Shown here: piece after piece, positions 37,003 to 45,964 of the stretch
Position numbering within the stretch: the stretch's first letter is position 1
Layout: every line of letters begins with the position of its first letter
Assembly: GCA_036676985.1 (NCBI GenBank)
Contig: JAKFBU010000006.1
Coordinates: 15,067-79,066 of the forward strand
Source of the DNA: Candidatus Sericytochromatia bacterium
GTDB lineage: Bacteria; Cyanobacteriota; Sericytochromatia; S15B-MN24; UBA4093
DNA: 64,000 bases
Reading direction: 5' to 3'
Made by a program: the position numbers and the translations under genes
Notes under the pieces: generated by a model
Database searches by the model: none
Seen by the model: the letters and a program-made list of their open reading frames with translations, nothing else
What the model was told of the DNA's origin: nothing

Positions 37003-37740
37003 GTGCTCAGGGGTATTTATTCGGCCGCCAGCGGCATGAACTTCCAGATGCAGCAGGTGGACCTCATCGCCAACAACCTCGCGAACGTCCAGACCAACGG
37101 CTTCAAGCGCCAGGAGCTGCTCGGCAGCTCCTTCGGCGACCTCCTGGTCCAGTTCATGAACCAGGCCCCCGGCACCGAGGCCGCCATCGGCACGGGCGTC
37201 AAGGTCGACGGCGTGGCCCGCTTCGAGACGGCGGGCAACCTGGTCCAGACGGGCAACAAGTTCAACTTCGCCCTCGCGGGCCCCGGCTACTTCCTGACCC
37301 GCGGCATGGACGGGGTCGAGAAGGTGACCCGCGACGGGGACTTCCAGCTGGACGCCCAGGCTCGCCTCATCACCCGCTCGGGCGACTTCGTGCTCGACGT
37401 CAACCGCCGACCGATCACCCTCGCGGGGGACCTGACGTCCATGAAGGTCGGCGACGACGGCACCATCTCCCTCAACGAGGCCCCCTACACCCGGATGCTG
37501 GTGGTCAACCCTCCGGCGTCCGCCCTCGAGACCCAGTTCCCCGTGGCCCCTCCGGGCCTCGCCGCGGCGCCCAACGCCGGCGTCAAGCAGGGCTTCCTCG
37601 AGTCCTCGAACGTCAACGTCGTGACCGAGATGGTGTCCATGATGACGGCCAACCGGGCCTACGGCTTCGGCCAGAAGATCATCTCGGCCCACGACCAGAT
37701 TCTCCAGAAGGCCGCCAACGACCTCGGCCGGATGTCCTAG
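37003..37740 (+). CDS. flgF: Flagellar basal-body rod protein FlgF
   Basis: IANNLANVQTNGFK, TRDGDF and LESSNVNVVTEMV motifs. Confidence 0.82.
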   Translation: MLRGIYSAASGMNFQMQQVDLIANNLANVQTNGFKRQELLGSSFGDLLVQFMNQAPGTEAAIGTGVKVDGVARFETAGNLVQTGNKFNFALAGPGYFLTRGMDGVEKVTRDGDFQLDAQARLITRSGDFVLDVNRRPITLAGDLTSMKVGDDGTISLNEAPYTRMLVVNPPASALETQFPVAPPGLAAAPNAGVKQGFLESSNVNVVTEMVSMMTANRAYGFGQKIISAHDQILQKAANDLGRMS

Positions 37741-37768
37741 CCTCCCGCGCAAGAAAAGGAGACGCCCC

Positions 37769-38536
37769 ATGATCCACGCCATTTGGACGGCCGCGACGGG
37801 CATGCAGGCCCAGCAGATGCGCATCGACACGATCGCCAACAACCTTTCAAATGTGAACACCACGAGCTACAAGCGCTCGACGGTGGACTTCCAGGATCTC
37901 CTCTACCAGACGATCAACCAGCCGGGCACCGATGCCGCGGGCGTGCAGATCGGTCTGGGCGTGCGACCGGTCGCCGTCACCAAGCTCTACGAGCAGGGCA
38001 ACCTCCAGATCACCAACAACCCGCTGGACGTCGCCATCGACGGAGACGGCTTCTTCCAGGTCACCCAGGCCAACGGACAGGTCGCCTACACCCGCGACGG
38101 CTCCTTCAAGATGGACCAGGCGGGTCGTCTGGTCACCTCGACCGGAGCGGTACTCGAGCCGCCCGTGACCGTCCCGCCCGGCACCCAGGGCCTCACGATC
38201 CGCGCCGACGGCACGGTGTTCGGCACGACGCCCGGGGCCACCGAGCAGTCGATCCTGGGCAACATTCTGCTCACGACCTTCGTCAATCCGGCTGGTCTCC
38301 AGTCGCTGGGCAACAACCTCATGATCGAGACCTCGGCCTCGGGAGCGCCCCAGCAGCTGCAGCCGACCCTTGACGGAGCGGGTAAGCTCAGGCAAGGTGC
38401 ATTGGAGGCCTCCAACGTCGAGTTGGTGCGGGAGATGGTCATGATGATCGCCACCCAGAAGGCCTACGACACCAGCTCCAAGGCCATCATGGTCTCGGAC
38501 AAGATGATGGAGACCGCCAACCAGCTGCAGCGGTAA
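37769..38536 (+). CDS. flgG: Flagellar distal rod protein FlgG
   Basis: WTAATGMQAQQ, FQDLLYQ, QIGLGV, YTRDGSF and LEASNVELV motifs. Confidence 0.92.
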   Translation: MIHAIWTAATGMQAQQMRIDTIANNLSNVNTTSYKRSTVDFQDLLYQTINQPGTDAAGVQIGLGVRPVAVTKLYEQGNLQITNNPLDVAIDGDGFFQVTQANGQVAYTRDGSFKMDQAGRLVTSTGAVLEPPVTVPPGTQGLTIRADGTVFGTTPGATEQSILGNILLTTFVNPAGLQSLGNNLMIETSASGAPQQLQPTLDGAGKLRQGALEASNVELVREMVMMIATQKAYDTSSKAIMVSDKMMETANQLQR

Positions 38537-38547
38537 CCGGAGGACCC

Positions 38548-39288
38548 TTGGCTCTCGCCCTTTCCCGAATCCCCATGCTCGCCGCAGGACTGGCCTTCGT
38601 GCTGGTCCTGTGGGCCCCGGGCGCCCTCGCGGCGTCCTTGCGGGAGCAGGACGTGGTCGACGTCGTCGCGTCCCACGTGGCCCAGCGCTATCAAGTTGGG
38701 CGCGATCGCGTCGAGATCGATTGGGAGGGGCCGGGGCTCACGACGCTGTTGCGGGCGCCGCTCCCCAAGGGCACGGTGGACCTTGCGATCACGGGGCAGC
38801 CGAGGCTCATCGGACGGGTGGCGATTCCCCTGGAGCTCTCGGTCGACGGCAAGCGCCAGCGCACCATCTATCCGCGCCTGTCCATCAAGGTCTGGCAGGA
38901 CGTGTGGGTAGCCGAGGACCGGATCCGGCGCGGGGAGCTCTTCGAGCCGGCCATGGCCAAGGCCGCCCGGCGAAGCCTCGAGACGGTGATGGGGGCGCCC
39001 CCGTCGAGCCTCAAGGGCCTCACGGGAGCGACGGCCAAGCGGGAGATTCCCGCGGGCAGCGTGCTGGTGGCCGAGATGTTCGCCATGCCGCCCCTGGTCA
39101 AGAACGGCACCATGGTGACGGTGCGGCTCGTCAGCGGGGAGCTGACCATCGTCACGCGCGGGCAGGCCATCGGCAACGGGACGTACGGTCAGCTCATCAA
39201 GGTCACCAACCCGGACACTCACAAGGACTACGTCGCGCGGGTGATCGGCAACGACGAGGTCGAGATCACCCTCGAGGAGGCGCCCTAA
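38548..39288 (+). CDS. flgA: P-ring formation chaperone FlgA
   Basis: SAF domain with PPLVKNG and GQAIGNGTYGQLIKVTN; lies between flgG and flgH. Confidence 0.85.
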   Translation: MALALSRIPMLAAGLAFVLVLWAPGALAASLREQDVVDVVASHVAQRYQVGRDRVEIDWEGPGLTTLLRAPLPKGTVDLAITGQPRLIGRVAIPLELSVDGKRQRTIYPRLSIKVWQDVWVAEDRIRRGELFEPAMAKAARRSLETVMGAPPSSLKGLTGATAKREIPAGSVLVAEMFAMPPLVKNGTMVTVRLVSGELTIVTRGQAIGNGTYGQLIKVTNPDTHKDYVARVIGNDEVEITLEEAP

Positions 39289-39887
39289 TGCGAACGATAC
39301 TGCGAGCCGCCCTGGCGGCACTGGTGCTCACGGCCGCGACCCCCGCGCTGGCCGATAGCCTCTACTCCGAGGACGCGGGCGGGATCCTGAGCGACCGGTT
39401 GGGCGATCGCCGCTCGATGCTGGGCCCGGGAGCGCTCATCACGGTGGTGGTGAACGAGAACATGATCGCAAGCTCCGGCGCCAACACCAAGACCTCCAAG
39501 GTCGGTCGCGCCCAGGCCAACTGGAACTTCGGCAGCCTCCTGCCCCAGGTCACCTCCAGCACCCTGGACCTGGGCGGCCGGACCGAGTTCCAGGGCGACG
39601 GCGTCACCAAGCGCGCCGACACCATCACCCTATTGGTCGCCGCCACCATCGAGGAGGTCCTGCCGGACGGCAGCCTGCGCATCGGCGGCAAGAAGAACAT
39701 GCGGGTCAACGACGAGGAGAGCACCGTCGAGATCGCGGGCGTCATCCGACCCTACGACATCGACGAGAGCAACCGGGTCCAGTCGACCAAGGTCGCCAAC
39801 CTCAAGCTCGACTTCAAGGGCACGGGCACGGCGAGCGCCAAGGCCATGCCGGGCATCCTCACCCGTCTCTTCAACTGGCTCTTCTAG
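39288..39887 (+). CDS. flgH: Flagellar L-ring protein FlgH (no lipobox)
   Basis: ITVVVNE, EVLPDGSLRIGGKK, GVIRPYDI and NRVQSTKVAN; AxA signal peptide. Confidence 0.88.
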   Translation: MRTILRAALAALVLTAATPALADSLYSEDAGGILSDRLGDRRSMLGPGALITVVVNENMIASSGANTKTSKVGRAQANWNFGSLLPQVTSSTLDLGGRTEFQGDGVTKRADTITLLVAATIEEVLPDGSLRIGGKKNMRVNDEESTVEIAGVIRPYDIDESNRVQSTKVANLKLDFKGTGTASAKAMPGILTRLFNWLF

Positions 39888-39899
39888 GAGGTTCGATCC

Positions 39900-41024
39900 A
39901 TGCGCGCGCTCAAGCTGGCGACGGCCCTCGCCCTCCTCGCGACCTTTCTGGCGACGCCTCTGCAGGCGCAGACCATGCGCAACGGCACGCCCATCCGCCT
40001 CAAGGACATCGCCACCATCCAGGGGGCCCAGGACAACCAGATCCAGGGCCTGGGGCTCGTCATCGGCCTCAACCAGACCGGCGACACCACCTCGACGGGC
40101 TTCACCGAGCGCATCCTCAAGAACTTCATCATGAACTCGGGCGTCTACATCCCCCAGGACAAGGTCCGGGTCAAGAACGTGGCCGCGGTCGCCGTGCGCG
40201 CCAACCTGCCGCCCTTCTACAAGCCGGGCCAGAAGATCGACGTGACGGTGGCCTCCATCGGCGACGCCAAGAGCCTTGCTGACGGCGTGCTCATCGGCGC
40301 CGAGCTCAAGGGGCCCGACGGCAAGGTCTACGCCACGGCCGAGGGCCCGCTCTCGACGGGCGGGTTCGGCGTCGAGGTCAACGGCAGCCAGGTCCGCAAG
40401 AACCAGACGCTGGTCGCCCGGATCCCGAACGGCGGCATCGTCCAGCGCGAGGTGCCCGTCACCATGCTGGACGCCAACGGCTTCATGCACATCAACCTCA
40501 ACCAGCCGGACTTCGTGACGGCGAGCCGCATGGCGAGCACCATCACCAAGGGCCTGCTGGGCCAGGCCCAGGCCATCGACGGCGGTACGGTGCGGATCTA
40601 CGTCAACTCGACCTACCGGGACAACCTGGTGGACCTGATCGCCCGTCTGGAGCAGCTGCCGGTGCTGCCGGACGCCGTGGCCAAGGTCATCATCGAGGAG
40701 CGCACGGGGACCGTGGTCCTGGGCAGCAACGTCCGGATCGGCGCGGTCGCCGTCACTCACGGGGGCCTGGTGGTCAAGGTGGACACCAAGCAGACGGTCT
40801 CGCAGCCCAACGCCCTGTCGGGCGGCGGCACGGCCATCACCACCGAGTCCACGATCACCGCCGAAGAGGAGAAGGCCAAGAGCGTCGTCTTCGAGTCCGG
40901 CACGACTCTCGGCCAGCTGGTCCGGGCGCTCAACGCCCTCGGCACCACCCCGCGCGACATGATCTCGATCCTGCAGGCCGTCAAGGCCACCGGAGCCCTG
41001 AACGCCCAGCTCGAACTCATCTAG
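39900..41024 (+). CDS. flgI: Flagellar P-ring protein FlgI
   Basis: RLKDI, GLGLVIGLNQTGD, KNVAAV, SIGDAKSL, ERTGTVV and GALNAQLELI motifs. Confidence 0.95.
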   Translation: MRALKLATALALLATFLATPLQAQTMRNGTPIRLKDIATIQGAQDNQIQGLGLVIGLNQTGDTTSTGFTERILKNFIMNSGVYIPQDKVRVKNVAAVAVRANLPPFYKPGQKIDVTVASIGDAKSLADGVLIGAELKGPDGKVYATAEGPLSTGGFGVEVNGSQVRKNQTLVARIPNGGIVQREVPVTMLDANGFMHINLNQPDFVTASRMASTITKGLLGQAQAIDGGTVRIYVNSTYRDNLVDLIARLEQLPVLPDAVAKVIIEERTGTVVLGSNVRIGAVAVTHGGLVVKVDTKQTVSQPNALSGGGTAITTESTITAEEEKAKSVVFESGTTLGQLVRALNALGTTPRDMISILQAVKATGALNAQLELI

Positions 41025-41037
41025 TAGGGAGGTTCCC

Positions 41038-41391
41038 ATGGAGATCAACGGCCTGCCGCTGCCGCCTCGCCTGCCCAGCACTCCGGCTTCCTTGCTCTCG
41101 GAGATCGACGGGACGTTACCTTCGGCCCGTCGCGAGGTACAACAAGGAGGAATACGGGAGGCGGCGGAGAGTTTCGCCTCTTACCTGTACGCCCAGGTGT
41201 TCTCCCAGATGCGGCCCGAGGATTCCCAGGAGGAAGGCGGGTTGTTTTCCGGGGAGCAGTCCGGCATGTTCATGGACTTCTTCGATCAGGCTCTCGGCAA
41301 GCAGTACGCCTCTCACGGCGGCAACGTGCTGGTGGAGCAGCTGGTCAAGCAGTTGAGCCAGGGCAAGGGCGAGCAGGGCAAGGTGGACTAG
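41038..41391 (+). CDS. flgJ: FlgJ rod-binding domain protein (no muramidase)
   Basis: REAAESF..YAQVFSQMR..GGLFSG..MFMDFFD..LVKQL; follows flgI. Confidence 0.7.
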   Translation: MEINGLPLPPRLPSTPASLLSEIDGTLPSARREVQQGGIREAAESFASYLYAQVFSQMRPEDSQEEGGLFSGEQSGMFMDFFDQALGKQYASHGGNVLVEQLVKQLSQGKGEQGKVD

Positions 41392-41427
41392 CGGACGCGT
41401 TGCGCCTGCAAGCGTGGGAGTTATCCG

Positions 41428-42159
41428 TTGAAGAAACCGGTTGTGTCCCCAGGGAAGCGAACGCTCGATAACGCCGCCATCAAGCAGTACATGCCGATGG
41501 TGCGGGCGATCGCGCGTCGCATCTCCACGAAACTGCCCCGTCACTACGACCTCGAGGACCTGGTTTCCGATGGCATCATGGGCCTGATGGCCGCCTCGGA
41601 GCGCTTCGACCCCGAGCGCGGCGTCAAGTTCGAGACCTTCGCCACGTATTACATCAAGGGCGCCATCCTCGACAACCTGCCCAAGCTGCCCACGGTTCCC
41701 AAGAGTCAGCGGATGCAGGCGGCCATGGCCCAGGCCCAGGCCGAGACCGACGGCACGACCCTCGACGAGGGGGAGCAGGCCGAGTCGGACGCGTCGGTCC
41801 TGGTGAACCAGATCCAGCAGCTGACCTACTCGTACATCCTGTCCCTGGACGCGCCGGCGGGCTCGGACGGCGAGGAGAACTTCTCGCTCCTGAACCAGCT
41901 GGGGGCCTCGGACACGATCCAGCACGAGATGGAGCTGGAGGAGCTGCAGCAGTTGCTGCGCCTGACCATCGAGCAGCTGCCGGTGCAGGAGCGCACGACG
42001 CTGCGCTGCTACTACTTCCAGAAGATGTCCTTCAACGAGATCGGCCAGAAGCTGGGGCTTTCCGAGTCGTGGGTGAGCCGCATCCACCGCAGGGCCCTCG
42101 AGCAGTTGAAGCAGAAGCTTGGGAAGAAGAAGAGTCTCGACGACTTCATCAGCTGGTAA
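41428..42159 (+). CDS. fliA: FliA/WhiG-family (sigma28-like) RNA polymerase sigma factor, divergent
   Basis: EDLVSDGIMGL, FDPERGVKFETFA and GAILD; region 4 EIGQKLGLSESWVSRIH. Confidence 0.8.
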   Translation: MKKPVVSPGKRTLDNAAIKQYMPMVRAIARRISTKLPRHYDLEDLVSDGIMGLMAASERFDPERGVKFETFATYYIKGAILDNLPKLPTVPKSQRMQAAMAQAQAETDGTTLDEGEQAESDASVLVNQIQQLTYSYILSLDAPAGSDGEENFSLLNQLGASDTIQHEMELEELQQLLRLTIEQLPVQERTTLRCYYFQKMSFNEIGQKLGLSESWVSRIHRRALEQLKQKLGKKKSLDDFISW

Positions 42160-42169
42160 CCCAGTTACC

Positions 42170-42320
42170 ACCCCCCCCTTCCCCCCCTGCTTCGCAAGGG
42201 GGGCTTTTTCTGCGGACGGCCCCCTGGCGGGGGCAGATTCCTTGTGGGCTACTCACTCGACCATCCTGCGCAGCAGGACTCCCTGGGCCCCCCTTGCGAA
42301 GCAGGGGGGGAAGGGGGGGT
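42170..42320. repeat. G/C-tract MITE/REP-like element (family C), copy 1
   Basis: Terminal inverted repeats of about 30 bp (ACCCCCCCCTTCCCCCCCTGCTTCGCAAGGGGGG). Other copies at 53530 and 59649. Confidence 0.85.
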
Positions 42321-42595
42321 AAACAGCCGGGACTCGTGCGATCGCCCCCGTCACAAATCGATTAACTTAACGCAATGTTTACACTATTTAGCGCTTGTTT
42401 GGGTATGACTAAACAGGGGCCTACTCTCTCCTACCTTCCGCCCGGAAGGCAGTCGCAGCCACTCCCAGGGGTGGGGACTACAGAATTTCTGTGCATGTAC
42501 ATAACGCACCGACATCCCGGTGCGCGTGAGCGATACTCAAGGTAGCGCGGTGTCTCCGTGCCCAGGTACCGGGCGCGGCGCAGGAGGTAGCAACC

Positions 42596-43015
42596 GTGAT
42601 CAGTCGCGAAGTCCGTGGGCTCGAGCGTGCGATGGACGCCCTGTCGGCGCGTTTCTCCACCCAGTCCAACAATATCGCCAACGTCAACACGCCCGGCTAC
42701 GCCCGGCAGGACGTCCACTTCGAGGACGCCCTGGCGACGGCCATCGACTCCGAGCCGTCCGCCGGCATGGCGACGGCCCAGAGCCCGCTGAGCGCCTTGA
42801 TCGGCTCGCCCAATCAGAACCCGGGCGACCTCCTGGAGCTCTTCAACCCGACCGCCACGGTTGCCAAGGGCAGCGCCCAGCGCGTCGACGGCAACGGCAC
42901 CACCCTCGAGTACGAGATGAGCCAGATGGTCCAGACGGCCCAGAAGTTCAACGCCGTCGCCACCCAGATTGCCACCCAGTACCGCACCTTCAAGTACATC
43001 ACGGACCAGAAGTAG
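42596..43015 (+). CDS. flgB: Flagellar proximal rod protein FlgB
   Basis: SNNIANVNTPGY, DVHFE and RVDGNGTTLEYEM motifs. Confidence 0.9.
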   Translation: MISREVRGLERAMDALSARFSTQSNNIANVNTPGYARQDVHFEDALATAIDSEPSAGMATAQSPLSALIGSPNQNPGDLLELFNPTATVAKGSAQRVDGNGTTLEYEMSQMVQTAQKFNAVATQIATQYRTFKYITDQK

Positions 43016-43092
43016 TCGGGACGCGGATCAGCACGGGTAGTTAAGGCTCGGAGTTAGGGTACAAGCAGGTTACGGGGATTCAGGAGGTTCGT

Positions 43093-43500
43093 GTGAGCTT
43101 ACATGATGTCTACAACGTCGGGGCGAGCGCCATGACCGCCAACCGCTTCTGGTTGGAGGCCATCTCCAACAACATGGCCAACGCCAACGTCACCCGCACC
43201 CCCGAGGGCGGCCCCTACAAGCGCCAGATGCCCGTGTTCCAGCAGATCCTCGACGAGGAGACGGGGGCCGGCAAGGGCGTGGAGGTCGTCGGCACCGTCC
43301 GCGACACCACCGAGGGCCAGCTGGTCTACAAGCCGGGCCACCCGGACGCCGACGCCGCCGGCTTCGTGCGCATGCCCAACGTCAACGTCGTCACCGAGAT
43401 GGTCGACATGATCACCGTCCAGCGCTCGTACGACGCCAACGTCTCGACCGTCAACGCCGCCAAGAACATGGTGACCAAGGCTTTGGAAATCGGTAGGTAA
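43093..43500 (+). CDS. flgC: Flagellar proximal rod protein FlgC
   Basis: SNNMANANVTRTPEGGPYKR, PGHPDAD and PNVNVVTEMVDMI motifs. Confidence 0.95.
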   Translation: MSLHDVYNVGASAMTANRFWLEAISNNMANANVTRTPEGGPYKRQMPVFQQILDEETGAGKGVEVVGTVRDTTEGQLVYKPGHPDADAAGFVRMPNVNVVTEMVDMITVQRSYDANVSTVNAAKNMVTKALEIGR

Positions 43501-43509
43501 TAAGGAGGA

Positions 43510-43575
43510 CCCCCCCTAGCCCCCCCTCTAGAGGGGGGGAAGATATGGCAGACTCCCCTCCTGCAGGGGGAAGTC
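43510..43575. repeat. Short G/C palindromes between flgC and fliE (family C-related)
   Basis: Hairpins CCCCCCTAGCCCCCCCTCTAGAGGGGGGG and GACTCCCCTCCTGCAGGGGGAAGTC. Confidence 0.45.
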
Positions 43576-43617
43576 AACGAAAGCCCCAAGGACAGGGGAG
43601 ACGTCCAGGAGAGACCA

Positions 43618-44004
43618 ATGCTCGTCAACAACCCGATGCTCAACAACTTCCAGCGCACGGCACCCGGCCTCGGCGGCGTGATGCCCGAGTTCCCGTCCGT
43701 CGACTTCTCGATCGGCAACAACCCCGAGTTCGGCGAGGCCACCCTCGACGGGTTCGACCAGGCGCAGACCACCAACAATGGCATGAGCTTCGGCGACCTG
43801 CTCAACCAGGCCATCGAGGGCATCTCCGCGCAGGACCAGCACGCCGTCAACGTCGGCCTCGACTTCGCCCTGGGCCGCAACAACGTGGACGTGCACCAGG
43901 TGATGATCGAGCAGGCCAAGGCCGAGTCCGAGCTGCACCTGATGTCGGCCGTCACCAACAAGGTGGCCTCCGGCTACCAGACGCTCATGAACATGCAGAT
44001 CTAG
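43618..44004 (+). CDS. fliE: Flagellar hook-basal body protein FliE
   Basis: SFGDLL, DVHQVMI and NKVASGYQTLMNMQI motifs. Confidence 0.9.
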   Translation: MLVNNPMLNNFQRTAPGLGGVMPEFPSVDFSIGNNPEFGEATLDGFDQAQTTNNGMSFGDLLNQAIEGISAQDQHAVNVGLDFALGRNNVDVHQVMIEQAKAESELHLMSAVTNKVASGYQTLMNMQI

Positions 44005-44023
44005 TCCAAGAGGCTTTCACCGC

Positions 44024-45955
44024 ATGCTCGACTTCCTGAACCGCTTTCCCCCACCCGTGCGCATCGGCATCCTGGCCGGTGTGCCCATTCTGCTGATCGT
44101 CATCACCCTGTTCATCGGCATGGCCATCGGAGGCGGCGGCAAGAAGCAGACCGCCGAGGAGAACGTCAACAAGAACGACATCATCCTCTTCCGGCGCATG
44201 TCCCAGCAGTCGGCGGGCGAGGCGGGCGCGAAGCTCGAGGAAGAGCGCATTCCCTTCAAGCTGGTCGAGGACGGCACGGCCATCTCGGTCGCCAAGGACA
44301 AGGCCGACAAGGCCCGCGTGGCCCTCGCCGCGGCCGGCCTGCCCAAGGACGGCGACCCCGGCTTCAGCCTCTTCGACAAGAGCGACTTCATCTCCACCGA
44401 CTTCGACAAGAAGGTCAAGCTGCTGCGCGCCATGAACGGCGAGATCAAGCGCCTGGTCAAGATGGTCGACGGCGTCGAGGACGCTGCCGCGCTGGTCACC
44501 ATGCCGGAGGACACGCTCTTCCAGACCGAGAAGAAGCCCGTCACGGCCGCGGTCATGGTCAAGATGCAGCCCAAGCGCACCATGTCGCCGTCCCAGGTGG
44601 ACGGCCTCACGCACCTCATCGCCTCGTCGGTGCCGGGCCTCACGACCGACAACGTCACCATCACCGACGACCTGGGCAACCTCCTGACTCAGGGCATGGA
44701 GTCCAACGCCGGGAACAAGGAGGACCGCATGATCTCGCGCGTCCTCAACATGCAGATGGGCCTCCAGCGCCAGAAGGAGCAGGAAATCGAGCAGAAGCTC
44801 ACCACCCTCCTCGACAAGGTCGTGGGCTCGGGCAAGGCCGTGGTGCGCGTGAGCGTCGAGCTGGACTTCAACAAGCGGCTCGTCCGCAACGTCCTCAAGG
44901 CGCCCGTCACCAACAACGGCGAGCCGGTGGCCGTCAACAAGACCGAGCAGACCGAGACGGTCAAGGGCGAGGGCGACGGCGGCGTGCCGGGCGCCGCGTC
45001 CAACGTGCCGACCTATCCCGCCATCCCCGCGGGCGGCACGGGCGGCAAGGAAGTCACCAAGAAGAACCTCAAGGAGCAGCCCGCGTTCAACGAGGAGACG
45101 CAGCTCGTCCAGCCGTCCAGCGGCAACATCAAGCGCATGTCCATCGCGGTCCTGGTCCCCGACACCCTGAAGCAGGAGAGCGCGGACCGGCTGCGCCTCA
45201 TCATCGCCGCGGCCGCCGGTGCGGATGCCGCCCGCCGGGACCAGGTCTCGGTCGAGCGGGTGCGCTTCGACACCAGCCTCGCCGACAGCCTCAAGGACCA
45301 GCTCGAGAAGGACAAGGCGGAGTCCGCCAAGAAGACCGCCAAGGGCAAGTCCGTCAGCTGGGCGATCGTCTGGTGGATCGGCGGCGGATTGCTGCTGCTC
45401 TTCCTCTTGCTCGCCCTCCTGCGCCGGGCCACCCGCAAGGAGGCCAATCCCCTCGACACGCTCACCGCGAGCCTCGGGGGCGAGGCGGACGCGCTGCCGG
45501 CCTTCGATCAGCAGGCGCTCGGCGCCTTCGATCAGGGGGCCTTCCCGGGCCTCGAGCAGGGCGGCTTCATGCCGCCCGGCATGGACCAGTTCGGCCAGCA
45601 GGGTTACGCTCAGCCTGACTACGGCCAGCAGGCCTACGCTCAGCCGGGCTATGACCAGGGTGGCTACGATCAGGGCATGAGCCAGCCCCAGCCGGGCGGC
45701 GGCCAGTTCGACTTCCTCTACGAGGTCACGCCCGACGCCGTGGCGACGGCCTTCGAGGGCGAGCGACCGGCGACCATCGCGGGCGTGCTCGCGAGCGTGG
45801 ATCCCAGCTACGCCGAGCAGGTCCTCCAGTACCTGGATCCGAGCATCCAGGAGGACGTCTTCAACCGCGTGAACTCGGGGGCGAACCTGCCCTCGATGAC
45901 CGCCCGCATGGCGGCCCAGAACCTCCGTCGCAAGCTCGGCGCTGGCGTGAGCTAG
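44024..45955 (+). CDS. fliF: MS-ring protein FliF with C-terminal FliG middle-domain-like fusion
   Basis: FliF motifs GFSLFD, LIASSVPGL, NVTITD, GVPGAASN and IKRMSIAV, then a second TM, a low-complexity linker, and FDFL..ERPATIA..LDP..QEDVF..LRRKL. Confidence 0.9.
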   Translation: MLDFLNRFPPPVRIGILAGVPILLIVITLFIGMAIGGGGKKQTAEENVNKNDIILFRRMSQQSAGEAGAKLEEERIPFKLVEDGTAISVAKDKADKARVALAAAGLPKDGDPGFSLFDKSDFISTDFDKKVKLLRAMNGEIKRLVKMVDGVEDAAALVTMPEDTLFQTEKKPVTAAVMVKMQPKRTMSPSQVDGLTHLIASSVPGLTTDNVTITDDLGNLLTQGMESNAGNKEDRMISRVLNMQMGLQRQKEQEIEQKLTTLLDKVVGSGKAVVRVSVELDFNKRLVRNVLKAPVTNNGEPVAVNKTEQTETVKGEGDGGVPGAASNVPTYPAIPAGGTGGKEVTKKNLKEQPAFNEETQLVQPSSGNIKRMSIAVLVPDTLKQESADRLRLIIAAAAGADAARRDQVSVERVRFDTSLADSLKDQLEKDKAESAKKTAKGKSVSWAIVWWIGGGLLLLFLLLALLRRATRKEANPLDTLTASLGGEADALPAFDQQALGAFDQGAFPGLEQGGFMPPGMDQFGQQGYAQPDYGQQAYAQPGYDQGGYDQGMSQPQPGGGQFDFLYEVTPDAVATAFEGERPATIAGVLASVDPSYAEQVLQYLDPSIQEDVFNRVNSGANLPSMTARMAAQNLRRKLGAGVS

Positions 45956-45964
45956 AGGACTTAG

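Noticed and set aside
38610-39887. 425-aa extended FlgH
   Set aside because: The upstream part overlaps flgA in another frame. The true start is 39288 (TAATG overlap).
39288-39887. FlgH lacking a lipobox as evidence of decay
   Set aside because: As I recall, non-lipidated FlgH with a Sec signal occurs in other diderm Terrabacteria, and the core motifs here are intact.
45500-45706. Short repeats in fliF as a CRISPR or DGR-like array
   Set aside because: These are in-frame degenerate peptide repeats. There is no constant repeat/spacer structure and no cas or RT gene.
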